A stretch of DNA of 61,959 bases, filler included, from Nemertoderma westbladi (GCA_032718475.1; 3 parts of 3 records of this genome joined end to end with filler, not necessarily neighbours in it), one strand, 5' to 3'. Positions 1 through 12,339 are shown, counted from the first letter of the whole stretch. The notes: a model not told the origin generated them from the letters alone. A program made the numbers and translations.

Positions 1-88
1 ACATTGCAATCGGTCGGAGAGAAGATATGGAAATTGGAGACGAGTTCTTTTTATGTTGAACTCGCTTTGCATTGCATACCATTAGCAG
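1..88 (+). CDS. Possible 3' part of a coding exon of an unidentified gene
   Basis: Frame 1 is open (TLQSVGEKIWKLETSSFYVELALHCIPLA) and ends at CAG|GTAGGT, followed by very AT-rich intron-like DNA. Too short to identify. Confidence 0.3.
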
Positions 89-364
89 GTAGGTAATTTT
101 ATTCACAATTGAGAAAAAATAACTAGAAAACATACATTTTTAGTTAAAACGATGGAATAAAAGTGTTGAGAAATATAATTAACAAGAATACTCAAGGAAT
201 TATAAAAAAATATAAATATACTACTTTTAGGCCGTAGACAGTTAATTACTCTACATTAATTAGTAAACAATTATTATTAATTAATTTACGTTACATAGTA
301 TTTTATTGCTATACGAATTTATATGGTATATAGTTACTTTGTTTCATTTTTTTGTAATTGAGCC

Positions 365-3300
365 ACTGCTCACTTATAAACCGACAAACTGCTCACCTAT
401 AAACCGACCAACTGCTCACTTATAAACCGACAAACTGCTCACTTATAAAACGACCAAAGTGCTCACTTATAAACCGACCAACTGCTCACTTATAAACCGA
501 CCAACTGCTCACTTATAAACCGACAAACTGCTCACTTATAAACGACCAACTGCTCACTTATAAACCGACAACTGCTCACTTATAAACCGACAATGCTCAC
601 TTATAAACCGACAAACTGCTCACTTATAAACCGACCAACTGCTCACTTATAAACCGACCAACTGCTCACTTATAAAGCGACCAACTGCTCAGGCTCTGCT
701 CACTTATAAACCGACCAACTGCTCACTTATAAACCGACCAACTGCTCACTTATAAACCGACAAACTGCTCACTTATAAACCGACCAACTGCTCACTTATA
801 AACCGACCAACTGCTCACTTATAAACCGACCAACTGCTCACTTATAAACCGAGCAACTGCTCACTTATAAACCGACCAACTGCTCACTTATAAAGCGACC
901 AACTGCTCAGGCTCTGCTCACTTATAAACCGACAAACTGCTCACTTATAAAGCGACCAACTGCTCACTTATAAACCGACCAACTGCTCACTTATAAAGCG
1001 ACCAACTGCTCACTTATAAACCGACCAACTGCTCACTTATAAAGCGACCAACTGCTCACTTATAAACCGACCAACTGCTCACTTATAAACCGACAAACTG
1101 CTCACTTATAAACCGACAAACTGCTCACTTATAAACCGACAAACTGCTCACTTATAAAGCGACCAACTGCTCACTTATAAACCGACCAACTGCTCACTTA
1201 TAAACCGACCAACTGCTCACTTATAAACCGACCAACTGCTCACTTATAAACCGACCAACTGCTCACTTATAAACCGACCAACTGCTCACTTATAAACCGA
1301 CAAACTGCTCACTTATAAACCGACAAACTGCTCACTTATAAACCGACAAACTGCTCACTTATAAACCGACCAACTGCTCACTTATAAACCGACCAACTGC
1401 TCACTTATAAACCGACAAACTGCTCACTTATAAACCGACCAACTGCTCACTTATAAACCGACCAACTGCTCACTTATAAACCGACCAACTGCTCACTCAC
1501 TTATAAACCGACAAACTGCTCACTTATAAAACGACCAAACTGCTCACTTATAAACCGACCAACTGCTCACTTATAAAGCGACCAACTGCTCACTTATAAA
1601 CCGACAAACTGCTCACTTATAAAGCGACCAACTGCTCACTTATAAACCGACCAACTGCTCACTTATAAACCGACAAACTGCTCACTTATAAACCGACCAA
1701 CTGCTCACTTATAAACCGACCAACTGCTCACTTATAAACCGACCAACTGCTCACTTATAAACCGACCAACTGCTCACTTATAAACCGACCAACTGCTCAC
1801 TTATAAACCGACCAACTGCTCACTTATAAACCGACCAACTGCTCACTTATAAAGCGACCAACTGCTCACTTATAAACCGACCAACTGCTCACTTATAAAC
1901 CGACCAACTGCTCACTTATAAACCGACCAACTGCTCACTTATAAACCGACCAACTGCTCACTTATAAACCGACCAACTGCTCACTTATAAACCGACACAA
2001 CTGCTCACTTATAAACCGACAAACTGCTCACTTATAAACCGACAAACTGCTCACTTATAAAGCGACCAACTGCTCACTTATAAACCGACCAACTGCTCAC
2101 TTATAAACCGACCAACTGCTCACTTATAAAGCGACCAACGCCACCTGCTCACTTATAAACCGACCAACTGCTCACTTATAAACCGACCAACTGCTCACTT
2201 ATAAACCGACAAACTTCTCACTTATAAACCGAGCAACTGCTCACTTATAAACCGACCAACTGCTCACTTATAAACCGACCAACTGTTCACTTATAAACCG
2301 AGCAACTGCTCACTTATAAACCGACCAACTGCTCACTTATAAAGCGACCAACTGCTCAGGCTCTGTTCACTTATAAACCGACAAACTGCTCACTTATAAA
2401 GCGACCAACTGCTCACTTATAAACCGACCAACTGCTCACTTATAAACCGACCAACTGCTCACTTATAAAGCGACCAACTGCTCAGGCTCTGCTCACTTAT
2501 AAACCGACCAACTGCTCACTTATAAACCGACCAACTGCTCACTTATAAACCGACAAACTGCTCACTTATAAACCGACCAACTGCTCACTTATAAACCGAC
2601 CAACTGCTCACTTATAAACCGACCAACTGCTCACTTATAAACCGACTAACTGCTCACTTATAAAGCGACCAACTGCTCACTTATAAACCGACCAACTGCT
2701 CACTTATAAACCGACAAACTGCTCACTTATAAAGCGACCAACTGCTCACTTATAAAGCGACCAACTGCTCACTTATAAAGCGACCAACTGCTCACTTATA
2801 AACCGACAAACTGCTCACTTATAAACCGACAAACTTCTCACTTATAAACCGACCAACTGTTCACTTATAAACCGACCAACTGCTCACTTATAAAGCGACC
2901 AACTGCTCAGGCTCTGCTCACTTATAAACCGACAAACTGCTCACTTATAAAGCGACCAACTGCTCACTTATAAACCGACAAACTGCTCACTTATAAACCG
3001 ACTAACTGTTCACTTATAAACCGACAAACTGCTCACTTATAAACCGACCAACTGCTCACTTATAAAGCGACCAACTGCTCAGGCTCTGCTCACTTATAAA
3101 CCGACCAAGTGCTCACCTATAAACCGACCAACTGCTCACTTATAAACCGACAAACTGCTCACTTATAAACTGACAAACTGCTCACTTATAAACCGACAAA
3201 CTTCTCACTTATAAACCGACCAACTGCTCACTTATAAACCGACAAACTGCTCACTTATAAAGCGACCAACTGCTCACTTATAAAGCGACCAACTGCTCAC

Positions 3301-4729
3301 TTATAAAGCGACCAACTGCTCACTTATAAAGCGACCAACTGCTCACTTATAAACCGACAAACTGCTCACTTATAAACCGACAAACTTCTCACTTATAAAC
3401 CGACCAACTGTTCACTTATAAACCGACAAACTGCTCACTTATAAACCGACCAACTGCTCACTTATAAAGCGACCAACTGCTCAGGCTCTGCTCACTTATA
3501 AACCGACCAACTGCTCACTTATAAACCGACCAACTGCTCACTTATAAACCGACAAACTGCTCACTTATAAAGCGACCAACTGCTCACTTATAAAGCGACC
3601 AACTGCTCACTTATAAAGCGACCAACTGCTCACTTATAAACCGACAAACTGCTCACTTATAAACCGACAAACTTCTCACTTATAAACCGACCAACTGCTC
3701 ACTTATAAACCGACAAACTGCTCACTTATAAACCGACCAACTGCTCACTTATAAACCGACCAACTGTCTCACTTATAAACCGAGCAACTGCTCACTTATA
3801 AACCGACAAACTGCTCACTTATAAACCGACATACTGCTCACTTATAAACCGACAAACTTCTCACTTATAAACCGACCAACTGCTCACTTATAAACCGACA
3901 AACTGCTCACTTATAAACCGACCAACTGTTCACTTATAAACCGAGCAACTGCTCACTTATAAACCGACAAACTGCTCACTTATAAACCGACAAACTTATC
4001 ACTTATAAACCGAGCAACTGATCACTTATAAACCGACCAACTGCTCACTTATAAACCGACAAACTGCTCACTTATAAACCGACCAACTGTTCACTTATAA
4101 ACCGAGCAACTGCTCACTTATAAACCGACCAACTGCTCACTTATAAACCGACCAACTGCTCACTTATAAACCGACCAACTGCTCACTTATAAACCGAGCA
4201 ACTGATCACTTATAAACCGACAAACTTATCACTTATAAACCGAGCAACTGCTCACTTATAAAGCGACCAACTGCTCACTTATAAACCGACAAACTTATCA
4301 CTTATAAACCGAGCAACTGCTCACTTATAAACCGACAAACTGCTCACTTATAAACCGACCAACTGCTCACTTATAAACCGACAAACTGCTCACTTATAAA
4401 GCGACCAACTTCTCAGGCTCTGCTCACTTATAAACCGACCAACTGCTCACTTATAATAAACCGACAAACTGCTCACTTATAAACCGACAAACTGCTCACT
4501 TATAAACCGACAAACTTATCACTTATAAACCGACCAACTGCTCACTTATAAACCGACAAACTGCTCACTTATAAACCGAGCAACTGCTCACTTATAAACC
4601 GAGCAACTGCTCACTTATAAACCGAGCAACTGCTCACTTATAAACCGACAAACTGCTCACTTATACACCGACCAACTGCTCACTTATAAACCGAGCAACT
4701 GCTCACTTATAAACCGACAAACTGCTCAT
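365..4729. repeat. 23-bp minisatellite (ACTGCTCACTTATAAACCGACCA), about 190 copies
   Basis: Period of 23 read directly. Recurrent variants include ccgaca/ccgacc/gcgacc/ccgagc and a CTCAGGCT-containing insertion variant. Confidence 0.98.
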
Positions 4730-5080
4730 TTATAAACTGAGTAACTGTTTACTAGTATTTGGGCTGATTAGCGCCCCATTCCCCATCCCACCTTCGACAC
4801 TGACCGCGGGCGACAAGTAGTAGGTTTCTCCGCTCAGAGAATCCAATTGGAAGGAGAAGGCAGTCTCGTTGCTGGACGTGTTAGCGGCTCCAGGGAGTGA
4901 GGTGGGAGCGAGTTGGGAGAAAGTGGGAGTCTGTAAGGAGAAGGATGGAGTAGCTGGGTCTGCGACAGAAGAGAGAATAGCGTCCATCGTGGGGGTGGTA
5001 GCGAGCAGTTGGGAGATTGATGATTGGCTGAGAGGTACAATGGGTTTAATATCCGTGAGTTTGCATACCGGTTGATGGAC
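4730..5080 (-). CDS. fos: Fos-family bZIP transcription factor, terminal exon
   Basis: Acceptor TTTCATTCTAG|GTC at 5081/5080. Reads VHQPVCK...KQLLSL* in frame with the 4730-4987 ORF. Matches the Fos HxPxCK motif after the zipper and the C-terminal LLxL* (c-Fos ends PTLLAL). Confidence 0.88.
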   Translation of the reverse strand, partial: VHQPVCKLTDIKPIVPLSQSSISQLLATTPTMDAILSSVADPATPSFSLQTPTFSQLAPTSLPGAANTSSNETAFSFQLDSLSGETYYLSPAVSVEGGMGNGALISPNTSKQLLSL

Positions 5081-5367
5081 CTAGAATGAAATAAAGTATA
5101 CAGTATAGTATATAAATCGCTTGATTGACATATTACAGGTTGATGGGCCTAGAAGAATATAATGAAGTCTAGTGGAAAGATAATACACCGGTTGTTGGGC
5201 CAGCGGAAGGAAATAAAATCTAGTTTATAAACCTGTTGGCGGACCCAGAAGGAAATAATATAGAGTTTATTTCAGTTGTTGATGTTGGTAGATAGTAATA
5301 AAGTAGAGTTTATATACCGGTTGTTGTACCTAGAAGGAAATAAAGTTGAGTATATTAATTATTATAC
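5081..5367 (-). repeat. Fos intron (287 bp) made of about 5 degenerate 40-60 bp copies of the acceptor/exon-2 junction
   Basis: GT donor at 5367 and AG acceptor at 5082-5081. Units resembling ACCGGTTGATGGACCTAGAAGGAAATAAAG recur on the + strand near 5136, 5187, 5231, 5270 and 5316. Confidence 0.75.
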
Positions 5368-5778
5368 CTGCAACAGAAACTCCAACTGTTCCTTCTGTTT
5401 CTCTAATTTCGCTATGTCTGTCTCCAGGCCCTGTTTAACGTCCTCCAACTGATCTGTTTCGCTTTCCAACGCGCTCGTAAGATCCCTGCGACGGTTGCGG
5501 CAACGAGCCGCTGCCGCTTTATTCCGCTCCCGACGGACTCGGAGTTTATCCGCTTCGTCCAAACTCAACTCATCTTCGTTAACTCGCTTATTCGGACGAG
5601 TGGATGCGCTGGCGAGCAGAGCGAGGTCCTGTTGGGACAGCGTAATGGCGGGTTGATTACGTGGAGGTGCGTTGCCCTGGTCTGAAGACGTTGGTGAGGT
5701 AACCGCCGATGAGGTCACCAGTGCGGATTGAGGTACGTAGAACCCCGAGGCGCTGGATGGCAGTTGGGTGGGATTCAT
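5368..5778 (-). CDS. fos: Fos-family bZIP transcription factor, exon with basic region and leucine zipper
   Basis: [60 protein letters not shown], ending at CAG|GTATAA. The spliced product is about 253 aa if the ATG at 5778 is the start; further upstream exons cannot be excluded. Confidence 0.92.
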
Positions 5779-7252
5779 TAATTAGTAGGATTAACTTAAT
5801 TTGGTTATTGATATCAACGGCTGAATCTTTGTATTTTAATTAGGCCTATCAAAATCAGAAATAGATACCGAACCGATATTACTGCAGTAATGTATTATCT
5901 TATGACTGTTGGCCTACGGGGTACCGGACCGGTACTGTTTAAGACATAAAATTAGATATTGAGGTAGAGCAGAATTCGATTTTAGTTCATTTGCTTCACC
6001 CCAATAAACTATCTCGCATTATTCTGTTATTGCACTCCCTCAATTTCTTGTCTATCAGTGTAGACAAACTAGCCAATTCCATTCCAGCATTCTAAATACT
6101 GCACTCTCATTGGCAGCACAGAGATGTCATTACCAACTCACAGTTCAGCAGTTACTTTGCAGTTTGCACTAACTTTACTTCTCTGGGGAAGGGACCCCGA
6201 TAAGTGCAAAACAATATCTGAAGTTTTGTGGCATTCAAGTCTGCAAGTGGGAATTCTAATTCCGTAGTTCAGTTTCGTATGAATTGAATACGTCTGTAGA
6301 GTGTAGATGAAGTTCTGAAGTTGAAGTTTTTTATTAACATTGTACATAAGCCATATAAAATGTAAGACATATAAAACATAACATAATACACTAAAAACAG
6401 GCATAAGTTGGAATCGACTATAATATTTTAATTTAATAAAAAAATAGTGCATAGTTCATAAATAAAATATAGATTTATCTTGTAGACATACAATGTTAGG
6501 GATAGATCCATGAGGATAAACCTCATTTCCATGGATGTCCCTTTAAAAAGCACAGCATTAAAGTGAGCGCAGCGTGTAAATTACTAAAATACCAAATTAA
6601 TTTGATAAAATATCCGAATGGTATTACAACTAGCTAGTAAATATTAGATTAAGAACAATCGGGTATTAAACATAGTGGGAAGTCCTGTATGTGCAGTAAA
6701 TAAAATCACAACATGTTGAGGGTATAAGTAGGAATTAAATATGGTGTAAGTAGGAATTACATAAGTTAATTTATAAATTAAAATTAATTATTTAAGAATG
6801 TGTACGATATAAAAAAGTGAATTAAAATTAGTGTTAAAAAGTGCGCGATAGACAACACATGAATTAAAATTAATTATTTAGACTTAAAAATTGGCGCGAT
6901 AGAAAAAAGAGTGAAACAGGCTAATATGGAACACCAAAACCTAGAAGTAAGTTCAATTAAAATAAATATAAATTAATAAAATAAGCACCAATCATTCAGA
7001 CTTGAAAATAGTTAATATATTTAATCTACAGTATCTTAAAACTCCATACCGAATCAAAAACAGATGTTTAATAAGAAAACATTACAATTTGGCTAAAAAA
7101 AACGTATGGTGACTACAGTATCTATATTATTTGCAACGCTAAATATGTTAATAAATTACAATTGAACTAAAAAATAAAATAAATTATTGAAATGTCAGTC
7201 AAATACATTCTGTGTGGACCACTGAAAAAACTGCCGAATAACTGAATAATAT

Positions 7253-8540
7253 TTACAATTGCCAGATTGAATGTTCATACTGCACTACTTGACTCAAAAA
7301 GTGTTGTTTAACCTGGTGCTTAAAAGAATCTACAGAAAGGGCATTACGTATGTCTGGTGGCAGCGCGTTCCATATGGATGGACCCATATATGAGAAGCAC
7401 TCACAGCCCGTTGCCGTGTGCCGCGATAGGACGACTGCGTGTGTGCTGCCGCCACGGAGGTTCATGGAGATCGAGTTGAATTGCACGAGTGAGGATAAGT
7501 ATGGGGGTGATAGGGTCCGCGTGATCCGGTACATATGAGATGCTATGAGCTGCTTTATGCGCCATTCTATAGGTAACCATGATAATTCGTTGTAATGTTC
7601 GCTAGATATATGAGTTCGACTATGTAAATTGAGGCAGAAGCGGATACATTTACGTTGTAATGCTTGTAGCTGGTCTCTCAATCTCTTCGATGTACTTGGA
7701 TACCAGCACGAGGCAACAGTCTAGATGCGGTTGGATAATTGTATTACATAGTTGGCCCCCCTGAAGCCTGACTTCAGAACAGCCCCCTGTCTGTATAGAA
7801 ATCTGAGGTTTTTGTTACCCTTTTTATAACTTGCGTTGCCATGGAATTTCCAGATAGATCCATATCAAGGTGACAGCCAAGATATTTGATGGTTTTCACT
7901 TGTTCTATTTGAATAGTATTACATACAACGTTTAACTCATCACTTGTTGCCAGTCGTTGATGTGTTCCGAATATGATAGATTTTGTTTTTTTGAAATTTA
8001 AGCTTAACCTGTTGTCTGTCGCCCAGTCATAAATGTTGATCAACGTCCTAGAAAGCACAACAGATAAGGCTCCTGCATTGTCATGTGTGGCAAGTAAGTT
8101 TGAGTCATCAGCTAGCTTTAGAGATACACATGTATCAGACGATATTGCATCTGTATGTGAATGGTCACCATTGGGCTCTTTCATTGACTGCTTTACATCC
8201 GTGGGAGAGGTTAAGACTATGTCTAGATCATTCACATATATGAAGAATAAAAGAACTGACAGTACTCCACCCTGCGGGACACCCCGCTTTATGAGCTCTC
8301 TGACAGACGGGAGTGTACCTCTGATACAGACAACTTGACGCCGACCACTCAGGTAAGACTTAAACCATGCAACTGTTGGGTCCGAGAAACCAATGAAACT
8401 CAGCTTTGATAGGAGTACCGGTATATCATGTGTGTCAAATGCTTTCCGAAGGTCTATGAATACGACGCCCGTTACTTTGCCTTCTACAGCTTCTTTAATA
8501 TAGTTATTGAGATACATCATGCAGGTCTCCACTGAAAATA
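7253..8540 (-). mobile_element. Degenerate 5'-truncated LINE (CR1/L2-like) reverse transcriptase
   Basis: Motifs FIDLRKAFDT, GVPQGGVLS, ADDS, KYLG and the C-terminal FSYMGPSIWNALP, with frameshifts. Confidence 0.9.
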
Positions 8541-8699
8541 CTTTGATTGATTGGAATTTTAATTGTTTTAATTGACATTAAATATAAAAAATAAAATAGA
8601 GCTAACAAGAACATATACAAAAGACACGTACCGGTTGCCGGTATAGGTTTGGTTTGGTTTATTTACATAGCCTTTCTGCGACGCAATCTCTTAGCCTAG

Positions 8700-9830
8700 T
8701 AATTAAAGTTGTATAGATGGCTAAAATCAATCTCAGCTATTGCACGGTTAAAAGAAAATAAGCTGGCAGCGTTCACTACAGTAGAAGGTAGGGAGTTCCA
8801 GATTTGCACTACACGATTCGAAAAACGGTGATGCGAGACAACTAGTCTGGTGGACTGAACATATAGTTTCTTGGTATGACTGTATGACCGTGTAGATTAG
8901 TCGAGTTGAGTTGGCCAGCTGAAAAAATCACAAAACTCAAGAACGACGTTTTTATTGAAAATGTTGTAAACCATACTTAAGTCAAAAATGAGTCGTCTGG
9001 TTTCCAGAGGTTTGATTTTCAAAAAGGAGATTCTATTAAGATAATTATTATTTAGGTGACACAAGTTGCATCGCGCAAAAAACCCTTCTAGTGTAGTAAC
9101 GCTGGACTCTTTCAACCAGCTTGATATTGATTGTACTTCTGATGAGGTGACCAGATTACAGTACAATATACAAGCAGAGGCCTCACAAATGCCTTGTAAG
9201 CGGTTATCAGCACACTGAAATTACTAGTGTGGAAGCGACGAAATATAATATCGGATACCTTGTTGGCCTTTGATACGCTTTCGCTGCAGTGAGCAGTATA
9301 CTTTAAGTCGTGACTCATGAGGACACCGAGGTCCTTGCAAGTCTTTTTTACTTTTAACTTGTTTCCATTTAAGGAATATGTGCAGGGTTGCTGGGAACCC
9401 AAATGTAAAGTGTGACACTTGTGTGCCGCTACATTCAGGTGCCAGACTTTGCTCCAATCGGACAGCGAATTTAAGGCATTTTGACTATTAACAGGGTTAT
9501 TACTGTTGCAATAAATTTTTAAATCCTCGGCAAATAATTTGCAGCTAACGCCTATCAAAAGCCTCAGGGAGATCATTAATAAACAGAATAAATAGCACTG
9601 GTCCCAGGACGCTGCCCTGGGGCGGGGGTGCCTGAAATCACTGAGACATATTCTGAAAATTGTGCACCTACCAAAATTATCTGTTTACGGTCGCATAAAA
9701 AGGCTTCAATCCATACAAGAAGGTTACCCGATATCCCATATGCTTTTAGCTTATGTAAAAGTTTTCAATGCACCACTTTATCAAACTTGTTTTTTACTCT
9801 CGTTTATTGTTTTGGTTAGAAAAACTTGCC
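8700..9830 (-). mobile_element. Degenerate LINE RT fragment (second CR1/Jockey-group family)
   Basis: Motifs PQGSVLGPVLFILFIND (about 9570-9625), KLFAED, KDLGV and YKAFVRPLL.Y...IWSP, with frameshifts. Confidence 0.85.
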
Positions 9831-9938
9831 ACTGTAACCTGCTCCTTTCCCTGCCGTTTCTAAACATTGTTGGCTTATTTTGGGGTACCGGTAATAGTTT
9901 AGCCTTTTTGTGGTATTTTGTGACTATTTTGGGGTAGG

Positions 9939-10425
9939 CAGTAGGGGAGAAGTTCTATATTAAACTGAGTTGAAATTTCAATTTTATTTTTTAAAATTCA
10001 ACTTTTGGAGTAGAGTTTAAAATTCAACTTTTTTCTAAAATCAACTTTTGGAGTAGCTTTGGAGATACTGAAATATGGAATTGGAATCCATTACTGGTAT
10101 TCCATTGTATAATAATTATGACAAACAGCGGTAATTTCATACATCTAATAAATTCCCGTAGTATTTCAGCTAATTTGCAAATGTAATCACTTAAAATGTT
10201 TTAAAAAAAGTATTCCCGACAGTGAAAGTTTTTATTCCATCGGTAATGAATGAGGGTTAATGATTCGAGTTACATCTATAAAAACAATAAAACACCCCTT
10301 CTGTGACGCCTTGGGACCCTTCTGCGCCTCCTGCCATTTTAGAGTTGAATCTACAACTTAAAAGTTAAATTTTAAAAAAAGTTTTAAATTTCAACTAAGT
10401 TGAAATTTAAACTTCTCCCCGACTG
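9939..10425. mobile_element. MITE with imperfect TIRs starting CAGT(A/C)GGGGAGAAGTT
   Basis: CAGTAGGGGAGAAGTT...TGAGTTGAAATTT at the left end is mirrored by AAATTTCAACTAAG...AACTTCTCCCCGACTG at the right. GTAGG flanks both sides (possible 5-bp TSD). Confidence 0.7.
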
Positions 10426-10626
10426 GTAGGCCTAATTCGTAGGACCATCTAACAGTCTAATGTTAACATATATTGGTTTTGTATATTGATCACATTACCT
10501 CATTAATTACTGAATTATGAATTTTGTCGTTTTTAAAACACTGCAAAAACAGCGTTGCCAGGTCAAGCTGTCAAGCAGTCAAGGGATCGAACCACGGCCT
10601 CTTACGTGGAAGCCTACGGTTGTCAC

Positions 10627-12161
10627 TAGGGCTCAACAGAAGCTTCGGCTTCGGTTCGGTTCGGGCCGAAGTTTGCGCAATTTCGGTTCGGTTTCTGCAA
10701 TTGATACTGCAGAAGCCCGGAGCAGACTTTGCTAAATATTCCAAGTATTACACATTGACTGATTGAGCTAAGACCAGAAGACAGTAAGACTAATCAATCT
10801 GTCCATCGTTGTACTAATTAATTTTGGAGTGTAAACGTTAAGCAGACACTGGTGCAGAGCAGACAGTGGTGCAGACAGTGATGCATACAGTGGTGCAGAC
10901 ACCTGGTGCAGACAGTGGTGCACGCACTGGTGCAGACAGTGGTGCAGACACCTGGTGCAGACAGTTGTGCAGACACTGGTGCAGACAGTGGTGCTGACAC
11001 TGGTGCAGACAGTGGTGCAGACAGTGGTGCAGGCAGTGGCAGTGGTGCAGACCCGGGTGCAAACAGTGGTGCAGACAGTGGTGCAGACAGTGGTGCAGAC
11101 AGTGGTGCAGACACTGGTGCAGGCAGTGGTGCAGGCACCTTTTGCAGACTGGTGCAGTCTGCACTTAATTATTTTCGTACACACCTCTTATAATTATTTG
11201 TAATCAGGGCACATTCACCCGCACGCACCTCGACTTGTACTACATACGTCCTCCCTATTTCATGTAGAACCTTTCAGTAGTTACTCGCATATTTGTAGAT
11301 AATAAAGTCTATGATAAAATATAATATAATAGTGCCTGGTGGTATTGTGTTTTGTGGTACTCTGGTATTTCAGTATTTTCACCAGGTGTCTGCACCACTG
11401 TCTGGACCAGTGTCTGCACCACTGTCTGCACCACTGTCTGCACCAGTGTCTGCACCAGTATCTGCACCAGTGTCTGCACAACTGTCTGCACCAGTGTCTG
11501 CACCACTGGCCGCACCAGGTGTCTGCACCACTATCTGCACCACTATCTGCTTAACGTTTACACCCTTAATTTTGGACTGAACTTCCATTTAAATGGCATT
11601 ATTTTTTAATTGTTTCCAGGTTACTTGGGTAGTTTCAAAATTAGCTTAATTATACAGTAGTTTAGGTTAGGCTAAATATTGCCATTTTACTTTGTCTGTT
11701 TGTAGTACCCTATTTTTTAATTAATCATAACTTTGATACATAATACCAAATATACCTACTACCTCATATAAATAGTATTACAAAGACTACCTGTACTTTT
11801 AGTGAGGTTTTCTAAATTTGATGTCACTACTGAACGGCTTACTACGGGTGAAAATGTGGTGCATACAGTAAGTGCATGCATACAGTAAGTATACAGTCAC
11901 AGTAGTTTAGGTTAGTAATGTACAGTAATGTAAATATTGCCATTTTAATTTGTAGTATTTATTTTTTTAATTAATCATAGGCCCTAGCTTTCTCACTAAG
12001 TCCTCAGACCATATAGGTACCAGTCTGCCACTGCCAGTCAACCAGTATAGTCTGATAGTGACGTAAATACGAATTTATGACCATAACTTGCTAACTTTCT
12101 GAACTTCGGTTCGGATTCGGTTCGGTTCGGCCCGAAGTTGGCCCTGCTTCGGTTCGGACTA
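10627..12161. mobile_element. Non-autonomous hAT-like DNA transposon
   Basis: 8-bp TSD GTTGTCAC at 10619-10626 and 12162-12169. TAG...CTA termini and TTCGG subterminal motif clusters at both ends. Confidence 0.8.
10827..11565. mobile_element. Foldback/MULE-like element with inverted arrays of a 12-bp unit (CAGACAGTGGTG)
   Basis: TIR G(A/G)GTGTAAACGTTAAGCAGA and 9-bp TSD TTAATTTTG (10818-10826 and 11566-11574). The 12-mer arrays at about 10843-11160 and 11380-11550 are in opposite orientation. Confidence 0.85.
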
Positions 12162-12217
12162 GTTGTCACCACTAGACCACGACAGCACGAGGCTGCTTGA
12201 AAATGACAATCTGAAAA

Positions 12218-12339
12218 TTAGTTGCGGTAAATTGCAGTTAGTTGCGGTAAATTGGGGTAAGTTGCGGTAAATTGCGGTTAGTTGCGGTAAATTGGGGTAA
12301 GTTGCGGTAAATTGCGGTTAGTTGCGGTAAATTGCGGTT
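12218..12339. repeat. 10-bp tandem repeat (TTGCGGTAAA/TTGCGGTTAG variants)
   Basis: About 12 units, read directly. Confidence 0.85.

Larger units (their letters stand above)
10575..12186 (-). pseudogene. tRNA-like sequence (Gly-TCC-like pseudogene or SINE head) split by a transposon; halves at 10575-10626 and 12170-12186
   Basis: The rejoined minus strand reads GCTGTCGTGGTCTAGTGGTGACAACCGTAGGCTTCCACGTAAGAGGCCGTGGTTCGATCCCTTGACTGC, with A box TGGTCTAGTGG and B box GGTTCGATCCC. The anticodon stem pairs poorly. Confidence 0.6.

Noticed and set aside
365-4729. CRISPR-like array
   Set aside because: Units are head-to-tail with no unique spacers, there are no cas genes, and the context is eukaryotic.
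6141-6240. Possible upstream fos exon (minus strand, TTGCAG|...|GTGAGT)
   Set aside because: Splice signals look plausible, but there is no Fos similarity and no clear downstream acceptor. It cannot be supported without transcripts.
10768-11609. Many overlapping ORFs (CTTV, SAPL, CLHH, VVQT repeats)
   Set aside because: Artefacts of a stop-free 12-bp repeat inside a TIR element.
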